Of a stretch of 64,000 nt of DNA, positions 45,104 to 55,553 are shown piece after piece (the stretch's first letter is position 1; each line of letters opens with the position of its first letter). A model generated the notes under the pieces. It was not told the DNA's origin and did no database searches. It saw only the letters and a program-made list of their open reading frames with translations. Position numbers and translations under genes: made by a program. The DNA comes from an uncultured Actinomycetota bacterium (GTDB lineage: Bacteria > Actinomycetota > Actinomycetes > Propionibacteriales > Nocardioidaceae), in the NCBI GenBank assembly GCA_963714475.1, contig CAVQOP010000001.1, forward strand, positions 675,481 to 739,480. The letters run 5' to 3'.

Positions 45104-45161
45104 GGCCTCCACGGTGTCACGCACCGTGGGACGCCGGGCCCCCCGCAGGGGCCCCTCGGGC

Positions 45162-46742
45162 TCAGACGACCGCCCGGTCGCGACCGGCCCAGTACGGCTG
45201 GCGCAGGTCCCGCTTGAGGATCTTCCCGGTGGGGTTGCGCGGCAGCGCGGGCAGGATGTCGACCGACGTCGGGCACTTGTACGTCGCCAGCTTCGCGCGG
45301 CAGTGCTCGATGATCTCCTCGGGTGTGGCCGAGGCCCCCGGACGGAGCGCGACGACGGCCTTGACCGTCTCGCCCCACCGCTCGTGCGGGACCCCGATCA
45401 CGGCGACCTCGGCGACCGCCGGGTGCTCGGCCAGCACCCGCTCGACCTCGGGGCTGTAGACGTTCTCGCCGCCCGAGATGATCATGTCCTTGAGCCGGTC
45501 CTCGACGAAGACGTAGCCCTCCGCGTCGACCTTGCCGAGGTCGCCGGTGCGGAACCACCCGTCCTCGACGAGCACCGCGGCGGTCTCCTCGGGCTTGCCG
45601 AGGAAGCCCTTCATCAGCTGGGGGGTGCGCAGCCACAGCTCGCCGTGCTCCCCGACACCGACGTCGGCGAGCGTGGCGGGGTCGACCACCTTGACCTCGA
45701 CCCCGGGCAGCGGCTGACCGGCCGAGACGAGCAGGTCGTGGCGCCCGGTCGCCATCGCCTCCCGGTGCACCTCGGGCATCAGGTGGGTCGCGACGCCGGC
45801 GACCTCGGTGAGGCCGTAGACCTGGATGAAGTCGGTGTCGGGCCAGGCGGCCATGGCCTCGCGCAGGAGCGGCAGGGGCATCGGTGCGGCGCCGTAGGTG
45901 TAGGTCGTCAGCCTGCCGAACAGCGCGACGGCGTCCGGACCCGACTGGAGCACCTGGGCGAGCACCGCCGGCACCAGGAAGGTGGCCGTGGCGCCGGCCA
46001 TGATCGCGGCACCCAACGAGGCGGCGTCGGGCTCGCGGGTCATCACGCTGGGGATGCCGTCGTGGATCCCGAACAGCACGTAGGAGGAGCCGCCGACGTG
46101 GAAGAGCGGCATCGCGACCATCGACTTCTGCCCGGGACGGAACTCCCAGCCGTCGTGGGCGGCGAGCGTGTGGGCCACCATGTTGGCGTGGGTCAGCATG
46201 ACCCCCTTGGGCCTCCCGGTCGTGCCGGAGGAGTACATGACCAGGCAGACGTCGTCGGGCACCACGTCGGCGGAGCGACCGATCGGGTCGGCCCCGGCCA
46301 GCAGCGCCTCCCAGCCGTCGCCCTCGGCCCCGTCGGGGGTCACCTCGATCAGGTGCGTGACGTCGACCAGTCGCTCGCGGACCTCCGCGACCGTCTCGAC
46401 CAGCTCGGTGCCGACGACGAGGACCGTCGCGGCGCAGTCGGTCAGGGCGTACTCGACCTCGTCGGGCGAGGAGCGCCAGTTGACGATCGCGTTGGCCGCG
46501 CCGAGCGACCCCGCCGCCATGGACAGCTCGACGCAGGCCGGATGGTTCTTGTCGAGGAAGGCGACCACGTCGCCACGGCCCACCCCCAGGGCGCGCAGGG
46601 CGCCGGCGGCACGGCGTACGCGCTCGTCCCACTCGGCCCAGGTCCAGGTGCGGTCGCGATAGGTCATCGCCTCCCCGTCGGGCGTGCTCGCGGCCCAGTG
46701 GGCGAGTCGGTCGTCGAGGAACTGCGGTTCGGGGAGGCTCAT
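45162..46742 (-). CDS. AMP-dependent acyl-CoA synthetase/ligase (FadD-like)
   Basis: 526 aa. MYSSGTTGRPKGV AMP motif, FRTGDLG, and the C-terminal ANL-family Lys in PTGKILKRDLR. Confidence 0.9.
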   Translation of the reverse strand: MSLPEPQFLDDRLAHWAASTPDGEAMTYRDRTWTWAEWDERVRRAAGALRALGVGRGDVVAFLDKNHPACVELSMAAGSLGAANAIVNWRSSPDEVEYALTDCAATVLVVGTELVETVAEVRERLVDVTHLIEVTPDGAEGDGWEALLAGADPIGRSADVVPDDVCLVMYSSGTTGRPKGVMLTHANMVAHTLAAHDGWEFRPGQKSMVAMPLFHVGGSSYVLFGIHDGIPSVMTREPDAASLGAAIMAGATATFLVPAVLAQVLQSGPDAVALFGRLTTYTYGAAPMPLPLLREAMAAWPDTDFIQVYGLTEVAGVATHLMPEVHREAMATGRHDLLVSAGQPLPGVEVKVVDPATLADVGVGEHGELWLRTPQLMKGFLGKPEETAAVLVEDGWFRTGDLGKVDAEGYVFVEDRLKDMIISGGENVYSPEVERVLAEHPAVAEVAVIGVPHERWGETVKAVVALRPGASATPEEIIEHCRAKLATYKCPTSVDILPALPRNPTGKILKRDLRQPYWAGRDRAVV

Positions 46743-46862
46743 GCGGCCTCATTGTGACCGAGGCCACACAGCGCCACAACCAACGACCGGGACGCCCGCA
46801 TTCTTGCCCGGCGATCAGCGGGGTCTCAGCAACCTCACAGCCGCCGCCGACACGATAGGAGC

Positions 46863-48222
46863 ATGTCCGACCAGAACCCCGCCGCCCCCGAGCCGAACGA
46901 GACCCCCGGCCAGGCCGGTCCCCCCGACCACCTCTCCTCCCACGCCGAGCCGACCCGCGCCCTGCCGCCGACGTACGACGCCCCGTCGCAGGCCGAGGCC
47001 GGCCCCGGAACCGGCCGCCTTCGGCTGGACCACGACCCAGTCCACGTCCCCGGCGAGACCTCAGCGGTCCGGTCGTGCCGTCTTCGCCGGCGGCGTCCTC
47101 GCGGCGTCGTTGGTGCTCGGCGGCGCGGCTGGTCTCGGTGGCGCGGCCGCCTACGACCAGTGGTTCACCACCCCCACGGACTCCTCGACCGGCGCGCCGG
47201 TGTCGATCTCCCCGGTGATCTCGGCGGAGTCTGCGGACTCCGCGGACGAGGCGGGCGTTCAGACCAACGTGGAGCAGGTCGCCGCTGCGGTGCTGCCCTC
47301 GGTGGTCAAGCTCGACGTCACCGGCTCCGAGGGCTCGGGGTCCGGCTCGGGCATCCTGCTGTCCTCCGACGGCGAGATCCTGACCAACAACCACGTCACC
47401 GAGGTCGCCGCGGACGGCGGCACGATCACGGTGGCCTTCGAGGACGGCAGCACCGCCCCGGCGACCATCGTCGGCAGCGACCCGCTCACCGACGTGGCCA
47501 TCGTCCAGGCCGAGGGGGTCAGCGGCCAGACGCCGGCGACGATCGGCAACTCCGACGGGCTGACCGTCGGCGAGGACGTCGTGGCGATCGGCTCCCCCTT
47601 CGGCCTCGACGCCACCGTCACCTCCGGCATCGTCAGCGCGCTCAACCGCGCGGTCGACGTCGGGCAGGACGCGGAGGGCAAGGTGACCGCCTACCCGGCG
47701 ATCCAGACCGACGCGGCGATCAACCCCGGCAACTCGGGCGGACCCCTCGTCGACTCGCAGGGGCGCGTCGTCGGCATCAACGCCTCGATCCGGTCCTCGG
47801 GCAACTCCACCTCCAGCGGGGAGCCCGGCTCCATCGGCCTCGGCTTCGCCATCCCGATCGACGAGGTGCTGCCCATCATCGAGCAGATCCGCGACGGCGA
47901 GACCCCGACGCACGCGATCCTCGGCGTGACGGTCCAGCCCGTCGGCACCAGCGCCGACGGCCAGGTCCCCGCGCCGGGCGCCACCGTCGTCGCCGGCGCC
48001 GAGATCCGCGACGTGACCGACGGCTCCGCGGCGCAGGACGCCGGGCTGCAGGCCGGCGACATCGTGACCAAGGTCGACGACACGATGATCCAGGACACCG
48101 ACTCGCTCATCGCGACGATCCGCTCCTACCGTCCCGGCGACCAGGTCCAGGTCACCTACACCCGTGACGGCTCGACGCAGACGACGCAGATGACGCTCGG
48201 CTCCGACGCCACGTCGAGCTGA
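46863..48222 (+). CDS. HtrA/PepD-type trypsin-like serine protease with PDZ domain; probable +1 frame break near 47005-47009
   Basis: Body (TM anchor AVFAGGVLAASLVLGG, TNNHV, DVAIV, GNSGGPL triad, PDZ) is in ORF 46684..48222, which has no usable start. The GC3-rich N-terminus MSDQNPAAPEPNETPGQAGPPDH... starts at ATG 46863 in the neighbouring frame. Removing one g in ccccgg joins them. Confidence 0.75.
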
Positions 48223-48247
48223 GCCACGCCGCGGCCGGTCCGAGGCG

Positions 48248-49285
48248 TCAGCGCGTCGTCTTCTGCAGCTCGGCTAGCCGGGCGACGGGGACGAACCCGA
48301 GCCGCTCGTTGACCCCGATCATCGCGGCGTTCTCCTCGGCGTTCCAGGTCGAGACACGCACGACCGACGGCGCGCGGGCCTGGAGCAGCCGGTGGTTGGC
48401 GACCTTCACCGCCAGACCCAGCCGGTGCCCGCGATGGTCGCGCCGCACGAGCGTGCCCCACTGGTAGCCGCGGTCGGGCTCGTGCACGGTGGTGACCAGG
48501 TGGGAGTACGCCACGACCTCGGCCGTCGCCCGCGTCAGCGCGACGCAGTGCCACGACGTGCGGCCCTGGCGCCGCAGCAGGTCCTCACCGTCGCGGTGGG
48601 CGCCGAGGTCCACGGAGCCGGACTCGCGCTCGAGGCTCCCGGTCGGCGCCTCCGTGTCGAGGCTCGCGTCGAGCGCCAGCCACCCCTCGAGGAGGTCGTC
48701 GGGCACGGGCCCGCTCCACGCCCTCAGCTCGTACGCCGTGTGGTGCGGCGCCGCGTCCGCGGCGAGGGCGTCGAGCAGGTGGTCCTCGACGTGTCCGCGC
48801 AGCTCGCGCTGCACGTCGCCGAGACCGAAGTGGTAGCCGTGGCGAGCGGCGAAGCCGGAGCCGGAGGTGCCGGCCGGGTCGGGTCCGTGGTCGTAGGGCC
48901 AGGAGAACTCGGCGTTCAGCCGATCCCGCCCGAGGTCGGCGGCGAGACCCTCGAGGTGGACGAGCATCGCCGAGCCGTGCCCCTGGCGCCGGTGCTCGGG
49001 GGCGACGGCCACGTCGAGGTCGACCGAGGACAGGTTCGCGAGCAGGGGGACCTCGAGCGCGCCGGCGACCACGACCTCACCGGCGAGCCGACCGACGTAC
49101 CCGCTGACGCGGCGGCCGGCGCGCGGGGTCCGCAGCGTCGCCGCGAGCTCGGGCAGCGTCCACACGATCGCGGCGTCGGTCTCGGCGCGGCGCGCGCGGT
49201 CGATGGTCGCGTGCCAGGCCGCGAGGGTGGCGTCGTCGTCGGGGTCGAGCTGCTCGATCACCAGGTCGGCGCGGAGCCCGCTCAT
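48248..49285 (-). CDS. Double-GNAT N-acetyltransferase (Eis-like architecture), in frame with the upstream ABC-F as assembled
   Basis: MSGLRADLVIEQLDPDDD... with two motif A regions (VAPEHRRQGHGSAML and VRRDHRGHRLGLAV). ATG at 49285. Confidence 0.75.
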   Translation of the reverse strand: MSGLRADLVIEQLDPDDDATLAAWHATIDRARRAETDAAIVWTLPELAATLRTPRAGRRVSGYVGRLAGEVVVAGALEVPLLANLSSVDLDVAVAPEHRRQGHGSAMLVHLEGLAADLGRDRLNAEFSWPYDHGPDPAGTSGSGFAARHGYHFGLGDVQRELRGHVEDHLLDALAADAAPHHTAYELRAWSGPVPDDLLEGWLALDASLDTEAPTGSLERESGSVDLGAHRDGEDLLRRQGRTSWHCVALTRATAEVVAYSHLVTTVHEPDRGYQWGTLVRRDHRGHRLGLAVKVANHRLLQARAPSVVRVSTWNAEENAAMIGVNERLGFVPVARLAELQKTTR

Positions 49286-50992
49286 CGCGCACCGCACCAC
49301 GCGGGACTCGTCCCAGACGGGCCCGTCGGGCTCGTAGACCACGCCGTCGGCGCCGTAGACCAGGAACCGGTCGAACCCGCGGGCGAACCAGCGGTCGTGC
49401 GTCACGGCGAGGACGGTGCCGTCGAAGGCCTCCAGGCCGGTCTCGAGGGCCTCGGCGGACTGGACGTCGAGGTTGTCGGTGGGTTCGTCGAGCAGCAGCA
49501 GGGTCGCGCCCGAGAGCTCGAGCAGCAGGATCTGGAAGCGGGCCTGCTGGCCGCCCGAGAGCGACTCGAAGCGCTGCTCACCGGCGTGGGCGAGCTCGTA
49601 GCGGTCGAGGACGCGGGCGGCCTGCTCGCGGCCCATCCCCTGCCGACCGCGGCCGTCGGCGCTGCCCTCGCCGCGGTGCAGGACGTCGAGCAGGGTGCGA
49701 CCGACCAGCTCGGGATGGTCGTGGGTCTGGACGAACCAGCCCGGCCGGACCCTCGCCCCGAGCCGGGCGAGCCCGGTGTGGCGCACGGGCTCGACGACGG
49801 TGTCGCCGACCGGGCGGTGCTCGACGTCGGGGTCGGAGCCGCCCGCGGCGAGCAGCCGCAGGAAGTGCGACTTGCCCGAGCCGTTCGAGCCGAGGACGGC
49901 GACCCGTTCGCCGTACCAGACCTCGAGGTCGAAGGGCCGCATCAGCCCGCTGAGCTCGAGGCCCTCGCAGACCACCGCGCGCTTGCCGGTGCGGCCACCC
50001 TTGAGCCGCATCGAGACCTGCTGCTCGCGGGGCTGCTCCATCGGCGGGCCGGCGTCGGTGAACTTGCGCAGGCGGGTCTGTGCGGCGCGGTACTGCGAGG
50101 CGAGGCCGTCGTTGAACTCGGCCTTGATCTTGTAGCGCAGCACCAGGGCCTTGAGCTTGGCGTGCTCCTCGTCCCAGCGGCGGCGCAGCTCCTCGAAGCG
50201 CGCGAACCGGTCGCGGCGGGCCTCGTGATAGCTCGCGAAGTCGCCGGGGTGCGTCCAGACGGTGTTGCCGGCCGCGCCGAGCTCGACGGTGACGACGCGG
50301 GTGGCGGTGTTGGCCAGCAGCTCGCGGTCGTGGCTGATGAACAGGATGGTCTTGTCGCTGGACCGGATGCGCCCCTCGAGCCAGGTCTTGCCCGGCACGT
50401 CGAGGAAGTTGTCGGGCTCGTCGAGGAGGAGGACCTCGTCGGGCCCGGCCAGGAGCTGCTCGAGCACGACGCGCTTCTGCTCGCCACCCGAGAGCGTGCG
50501 CAGCTCGCGGTACTTGACCCGGTCGTAGGCGACGCCCAGCGCGCGCACGGTGGAGACGTCCCACGTCACCTCGAGGTCGTAGCCGCCGGCGTCGGCGTAC
50601 TCCCCCAGCGCGGCTGCGTAGCGCATCTGCGCGCGCTCGTCGTCGGACTCCATCAGGGCCAGCTCGCAGGCGGCGACCTCCCCCGCGGCGGCGCGGACCC
50701 GGGGGTGCGCGACGGAGAGGAGCAGGTCGGCCACGGTCGGCTCGTGGCCGTCGTCGCCCAGCCCGGCGCCGACCATCTGCCGCATGATCCCCAGGCCGCC
50801 GCTGCGCGTCACCGCTCCGGCGTGCGGGACGAGGTCGCCGGTGATGATCCGCAGCAGCGTGGTCTTGCCCGCACCGTTGGCCCCGACCAGCGCGACCTTG
50901 GCGCCGTCCCCCACCCGGAACGAGACGTCGTCGAGCAGCACCCGGCCGTCCGGCAGCTCGTAGCGCACCGCGCTCACGTCGACATGTCCCAC
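49286..50992 (-). CDS. ABC-F family ATPase (two ABC domains, no TMD)
   Basis: GANGAGKTT and GSNGSGKSH Walker A motifs, LSGGEQ and LSGGQQ signatures. Reads through into the GNAT without a stop (ORF 48248..50992, 914 aa). Confidence 0.9.
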
Positions 50993-51066
50993 GAGACGCC
51001 ATCCTCCCCCGTCCTGCCCCGGACGCGCACCTGGGTTGTCGGCACGACCGCTCGTCGTTCACGCCG

Positions 51067-51113
51067 GGGCGTGCCGGTGGCCCCGTCACGGTGGTGCTGT
51101 GGCGGGGCTGCGG
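51067..51113 (+). repeat. Direct repeat copy 1 (about 47 nt)
   Basis: gggcgtgccggtggccccgtcacggtggtgctgtggcggggctgcgg. Identical to copy 2 apart from one indel. Confidence 0.8.
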
Positions 51114-51279
51114 GCGTGCGGGCTGAGCTGCTGACCGGCGCCGGCTTGGGGGGCCGCGGCGCCGGTGACGCGCTGCAGGGTCCACCCGGCGCCCGCTCCT
51201 CGCCCGCGGTGGTGGAGACGCGGAGGTCGAGGAGGACGCGTCAGCGCTGGTCCCGCAACCTTCTCTTGCTGGTGGTCCC

Positions 51280-51325
51280 GGGCGTGCCGGTGGCCCCGTC
51301 ACGGTGGGCTGTGGCGGGGCTGCGG
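51280..51325 (+). repeat. Direct repeat copy 2 (about 46 nt), 27 nt downstream of the HNH gene stop
   Basis: gggcgtgccggtggccccgtcacggtgggctgtggcggggctgcgg. Confidence 0.8.
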
Positions 51326-51351
51326 CTGCTGGTCGCGCGGTCGGTCGAGGG

Positions 51352-52820
51352 TCAGAAGGGTGGTTCTTCTTCGACCTTCGGTGGGGGTGGTGGCTGTCGG
51401 GGTCGGGTGGTCCGACCTTCGTCGACTTCGATCTGCGTCTGGGTGGGGGCTGGGGTGGGGGTGCGATGGAGTACTCCAACGGCGGCGGCTCCGGTGCCAC
51501 CGGTGGCGACTCGGATGACGTCGAAGGTCCCCTCCGGCATCCGCAGCGTCTTGAGCCCGTGGGGGCTGGTCCACAGGTACACACCCGGCGTCAGCGTCTC
51601 GTAGGACCAGCCGAGGTGGGTCTTGTGCCGGTGGTGACGTCGACACATCGGGGCCTGGTTCGCTGAGCAGGTCAGGCCCTGGGGCCAGGGCACGCAGTGC
51701 TCGTGGTCGCAGGCCCTGGCGGGGCGGGTGCACCGGGGGAAGACACAGGTCTGGTCGCGCAGGATCGTCTGTTCCCGCAGGTCCCCGGTGGACTCGTACG
51801 AGCCGACGTGGAGGTGGTCGGCGAGGTCGATCACCGGGCGGACGGTGACGTTCCCGGCCGTCTCGGCACCAGGCCCGGACCTGCTCGGCCAGCACGGGCC
51901 GGTGGGTGTTGGTCAGGGTGGCGACCCCGTGCTGGGCCGGGTCGTAGCCGTACCCGGTGATCGCGGCCGCGGCGACGTGGGCGTGCACGACGACCGCCCG
52001 CCGGGCGGGGAGGTTGACGTGCTTGCCGTCGGCGTCGACACGCTCATCAGGACTCAGGGTCAGCGTGGACTGCAAGCCGGGCGAGGTCACCGAGGGCGGC
52101 GGCGCGGCGCACGGTCATGGTGTCGGTCGACCCGAGGAGCTTCAGCTCGTGGGCCCGGTCAGCCAGGGCGGTCTCGAGGTCCAACGCGTCCGCGGCGTCG
52201 AGGCACCCGTTGATGTCGACGGTCCCGGACAGGTCGCCGCCCTGCTCACGCAGGTGGATGGTCACACCCCGTTTCTCGGCGGTGGCCTTGCGGTGCGCCT
52301 CGGCCTTCTCCGGCTCCCACCGGGCCAGGGCAGCCTGCGACGACCCGGTCGAGCTGGGCGTTGGACACGGAGTGGGTGAACCCGTTGACGTGACGGTCGA
52401 CGTGCTCGGCACCCTCCTCACACAAGATCATGGTGGCCTCGGCGACGATCTTGGCCCGCCACCACGCACACCGCCCCGACAGGACGGCCTCCCACAACCT
52501 CGGGAGGCGGTAGCGGATCTCCAGGATCACCCCGAGGAACCGCTTCCCGCCGTCGGTCGACAACCCCAGGGCGACGGCGAGCTCGGTCACCGCGGCCTCC
52601 CCGACCAGCGGCGCCCCCGGACCCGCCAGCGTCAGCCCGTGCTCACCGAACCCGGCATGGAACGACGCCTCATCCAGGCTCATGACCTCGTGAGCGACCG
52701 CCCACTCCAGACGCGGTGCGGATCTTCGCGGATCTCCGCCGCCCGGACACCCGCCTCGTCAGAGCGCAACGCGTCGAGGAGACCCTGACGGGTCTCGTCG
52801 GTGGCTGCGGCAGCGGGCAT
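51352..52820 (-). pseudogene. DUF222 plus HNH endonuclease (REP13E12-like family), at least 4 frame breaks
   Basis: The protein has to be read across five frame segments. 1: MPAAAATDETRQGLLDALRSDEAGVRAAEIR. 2: LEWAVAHEVMSLDEA...YRLPRLWEAV...WRAKIVAEAT. 3: ALARWEPEKAEAHRKATAEKRGVTIH. 4: QSTLTLSPDERVDADG...AITGYGYDP. 5: VIDLADHL...CVFPRCTRPARACDHEHCVPW...CRRHHRHKTH (HNH motif). Breaks are near 52705, 52343, 52074 and 51857. Confidence 0.8.
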
Positions 52821-52962
52821 GCCCTCATCATACTAGAACACACGTTCGAGCGCTAGGTCTTTCCACACCCGACCCTCCGCCTCCAACCACGCACCTGTGG
52901 CGCCCATCCGGCACGTCGTGGACAATGGCCGACCTCGACCACCTCACCTCTCGGGAGGCCCC

Positions 52963-54237
52963 GTGAGCGACCAGACCGCCACCGACCAGGACACCTCGAC
53001 CACGGCGGGCAAGCCCCGCTGGCACCTCGTGGGGCCGGGACTGGTCGTCGCAGCGACCGGGGTCGGCGCCGCCGACCTGGTCGCCACCCTCCTCGCGGGC
53101 AGCAAGTACGGCTACGCGCTGCTGTGGACCGCCGTGATCGGGTGCCTGATGAAGATCGTGCTCGTCGAGGGCGCAGGCCGCTTCAGCCTGGCCACCCGCA
53201 CCACGATCTACGAGGGCTGGAGCAGCCTGGGCCGCTGGACCCACTGGTACTTCGGGCCCTACATCGTGGTGTGGGGCTTCGTCTACGGCGCGGCCGCCAT
53301 GGCCGGCACCGGACTCGCGCTCTACTCGCTCTTCCCCGTGCTGTCCGTCGCCTGGTGGGGCGTGGTCTCCGGGCTCCTGGGGGCCGCCCTGGTGCTGCTC
53401 GGCCGCTACGGCGTCCTCGAGAAGGTCTGCAGCGTGCTGGTGCTGCTGATGTTCGTCACGATGGTGGGCGCCGCGGTCCTCACCGTCCCGAACCTCCCGG
53501 ACCTCTCCCGTGGCCTGGTGCCCACGGTCCCGGACGGCAGCCTGCTCTACGTGCTCAGCGTGGCGGGCGGCGTCGGCGGCACGATCACGCTGGCCGCCTA
53601 CGGCTACTGGTTGCGAGAGAAGGGCTGGGACAGCCCGCGCTACATGCGGGTCATGCGCATCGACAACGCCGTCGCGTACACCGTCACCGGCCTCTTCGTC
53701 GTCGCGACCCTGATCGTGGGCGCCGAGCTGCTCTACTCCGCTGGCATCGCCGTGGGTTCCGGTGACGAGGGCCTGCTCGACCTCTCGCTCGTGCTCACCG
53801 ACCGCTACGGACGCTTCGCCGGCACGGTGTTCCTGGTCGGGTTCTGGGCCGCGGCGATGTCCTCGCTGATCGGCGTGTGGAACGGCGTGAGCCTGATGTT
53901 CGCCGACTTCGTCGGCCACGTGACCCCGGGCGAGACCGACCAGCCCCAGTACCGGCTCGGCGGACGCTGGTACAACGCCTACGTCGCCTGGCTGACCCTG
54001 CCGCCCATGGTGATGCTGTTCCTCGGCGAGCCGGTCTACCTGATCCTCGCCTACGGCGTGCTCGGTGCGTTCTTCATGCCCTTCCTCGCGATCACGCTGC
54101 TGTGGCTGCTCAACAGCGATCGCGTGCCGGCGCAGTGGCGCAACAAGACGGGCTCCAACCTCGCCCTGGCCGTCGTCGCCGCGGTGTTCGTGTGGCTGGC
54201 CGCGACCCAGGTCGTCGACGTCCTCGCCGGCCTCTGA
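52963..54237 (+). CDS. Nramp-family divalent metal cation transporter
   Basis: GTG 52963 with GGGAGG RBS. Multi-TM protein with PGLVVAATGVGAADLVATLLAGSKYGY, resembling the Nramp N-terminal DPG-type motif region. Confidence 0.8.
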   Translation: MSDQTATDQDTSTTAGKPRWHLVGPGLVVAATGVGAADLVATLLAGSKYGYALLWTAVIGCLMKIVLVEGAGRFSLATRTTIYEGWSSLGRWTHWYFGPYIVVWGFVYGAAAMAGTGLALYSLFPVLSVAWWGVVSGLLGAALVLLGRYGVLEKVCSVLVLLMFVTMVGAAVLTVPNLPDLSRGLVPTVPDGSLLYVLSVAGGVGGTITLAAYGYWLREKGWDSPRYMRVMRIDNAVAYTVTGLFVVATLIVGAELLYSAGIAVGSGDEGLLDLSLVLTDRYGRFAGTVFLVGFWAAAMSSLIGVWNGVSLMFADFVGHVTPGETDQPQYRLGGRWYNAYVAWLTLPPMVMLFLGEPVYLILAYGVLGAFFMPFLAITLLWLLNSDRVPAQWRNKTGSNLALAVVAAVFVWLAATQVVDVLAGL

Positions 54238-54377
54238 GCGTGCTGTGAGGCAGCGTCGCGCCCAGCCACTTCTGGGCGGGGTTACCGGTGCGTAGGACCC
54301 CCGCGCCATGATGGGATCGAGCAGACGTGCCCACGACCCTGCTCCACCGTCAGCAGCACCAGCCCAGGAGGCGACGC

Positions 54378-55538
54378 ATGCAGCTCGAGCTGTCCGAGGA
54401 GGACCAGAAGTTCCGTGAGGAGATGCGGGCCTTCTTCACCACCGCGGTCTCCGAGGAGATCCGCACCGCCGTCAAGGAGGGTCGCGAGCTCTCCAAGGCG
54501 CAGATCGTCGAGAGCCAGCAGACCCTCAACGCGGCCGGGTACGCCGTGCCGCACTGGCCCGAGCAGTACGGCGGCCGCGGGTGGAGCGACCTCAAGCGCC
54601 ACCTGTGGAACGAGGAGATGCAGCGCGCCTTCGTGCCCGCGCCCCTCGCGTTCAACGCCTCGATGATCGGCCCCGTCATCGCGCAGTTCGGCAGCGACGA
54701 CATCAAGGAGCGGTTCCTGGCCAAGACGGCCAACATCGACATCTGGTGGAGCCAGGGGTTCTCCGAGCCCGACGCGGGCTCGGACCTGGCCAGCCTGCGC
54801 ACCACCGCGGTCCGCGACGGTGACGACTGGGTCGTCAACGGCCAGAAGACCTGGACCACGTTGGGCCAGCACGGCGACTGGATCTTCACCCTGGTGCGCA
54901 CCAACCCGGACGTCAAGAAGCAGGCCGGCATCTCGATGCTGCTCATCGACATGACCAGCCCCGGGGTCGAGGTCCGTCCGATCGAGCTCATCGACGGCGG
55001 CCACGAGGTCAACGAGGTCTGGTTCTCCGACGTCCGCGTGCCCGGCGAGAACCTCGTCGGCGAGGTCGACCAGGGCTGGACGATCGCCAAGTTCCTCCTC
55101 GGCAACGAGCGCGTCGGGGTCGCCCCCGTCGGCGCGACCAAGCGCAACCTGGCCCTGGCCAAGGAGCGTGCCGCCGAGCAGATGTCGGACCCGCTGATCG
55201 CGGCCCGCATCGCCGAGCTCGAGAACGAGCTGCTCGCCCTCGAGCTCACCGCCCTGCGCGTGGTCGCCCACTCCGAGGGCGGCGAGCCGCACCCGGCCAG
55301 CTCCGTGCTCAAGCTCAAGGGAACCGAGCTCCAGCAGGCGGTCAGCGAGCTCGTCGTCGACCTCGCGGGCCCCGGCTCGCTCGCCTCGGGCGCCGCAGAC
55401 GGCACCACGGGCAGCGACCTCGCGGGCTGGGCCACGCGCGCCACCCCGACGTACCTGAACCTGCGCAAGGCCTCCATCTACGGCGGGTCCAACGAGGTCC
55501 AGCGCCAGATCATCTCCAAGACCATCCTCGGCCTCTGA
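54378..55538 (+). CDS. Acyl-CoA dehydrogenase
   Basis: ATG 54378 with AGGAGG RBS. ...IYGGSNEVQRQIISKTILGL C-terminus with the catalytic Glu context. Confidence 0.9.
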   Translation: MQLELSEEDQKFREEMRAFFTTAVSEEIRTAVKEGRELSKAQIVESQQTLNAAGYAVPHWPEQYGGRGWSDLKRHLWNEEMQRAFVPAPLAFNASMIGPVIAQFGSDDIKERFLAKTANIDIWWSQGFSEPDAGSDLASLRTTAVRDGDDWVVNGQKTWTTLGQHGDWIFTLVRTNPDVKKQAGISMLLIDMTSPGVEVRPIELIDGGHEVNEVWFSDVRVPGENLVGEVDQGWTIAKFLLGNERVGVAPVGATKRNLALAKERAAEQMSDPLIAARIAELENELLALELTALRVVAHSEGGEPHPASSVLKLKGTELQQAVSELVVDLAGPGSLASGAADGTTGSDLAGWATRATPTYLNLRKASIYGGSNEVQRQIISKTILGL

Positions 55539-55553
55539 GAGGGACGGACAGAC

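Noticed and set aside
46857-46865. AGGAG immediately before the htrA-like ATG as a Shine-Dalgarno site
   Set aside because: The spacing to the ATG is only about 1 nt, too short for a functional SD. The start call rests on GC3 bias and on the lack of any alternative start in the protease frame.
45100-47913. 937-aa minus-strand ORF
   Set aside because: It is out of frame with or antisense to the FadD ligase and the HtrA-like protease, and its composition is Arg/Gly-rich. GC-frame artefact.
48392-51604. 1070-aa plus-strand ORF, the longest in the track
   Set aside because: It is antisense to the ABC-F/GNAT genes, which have unmistakable Walker and signature motifs. The product is Arg/Gly/Ala/Val/Pro-rich low-complexity sequence typical of stop-poor alternative frames in high-GC DNA.
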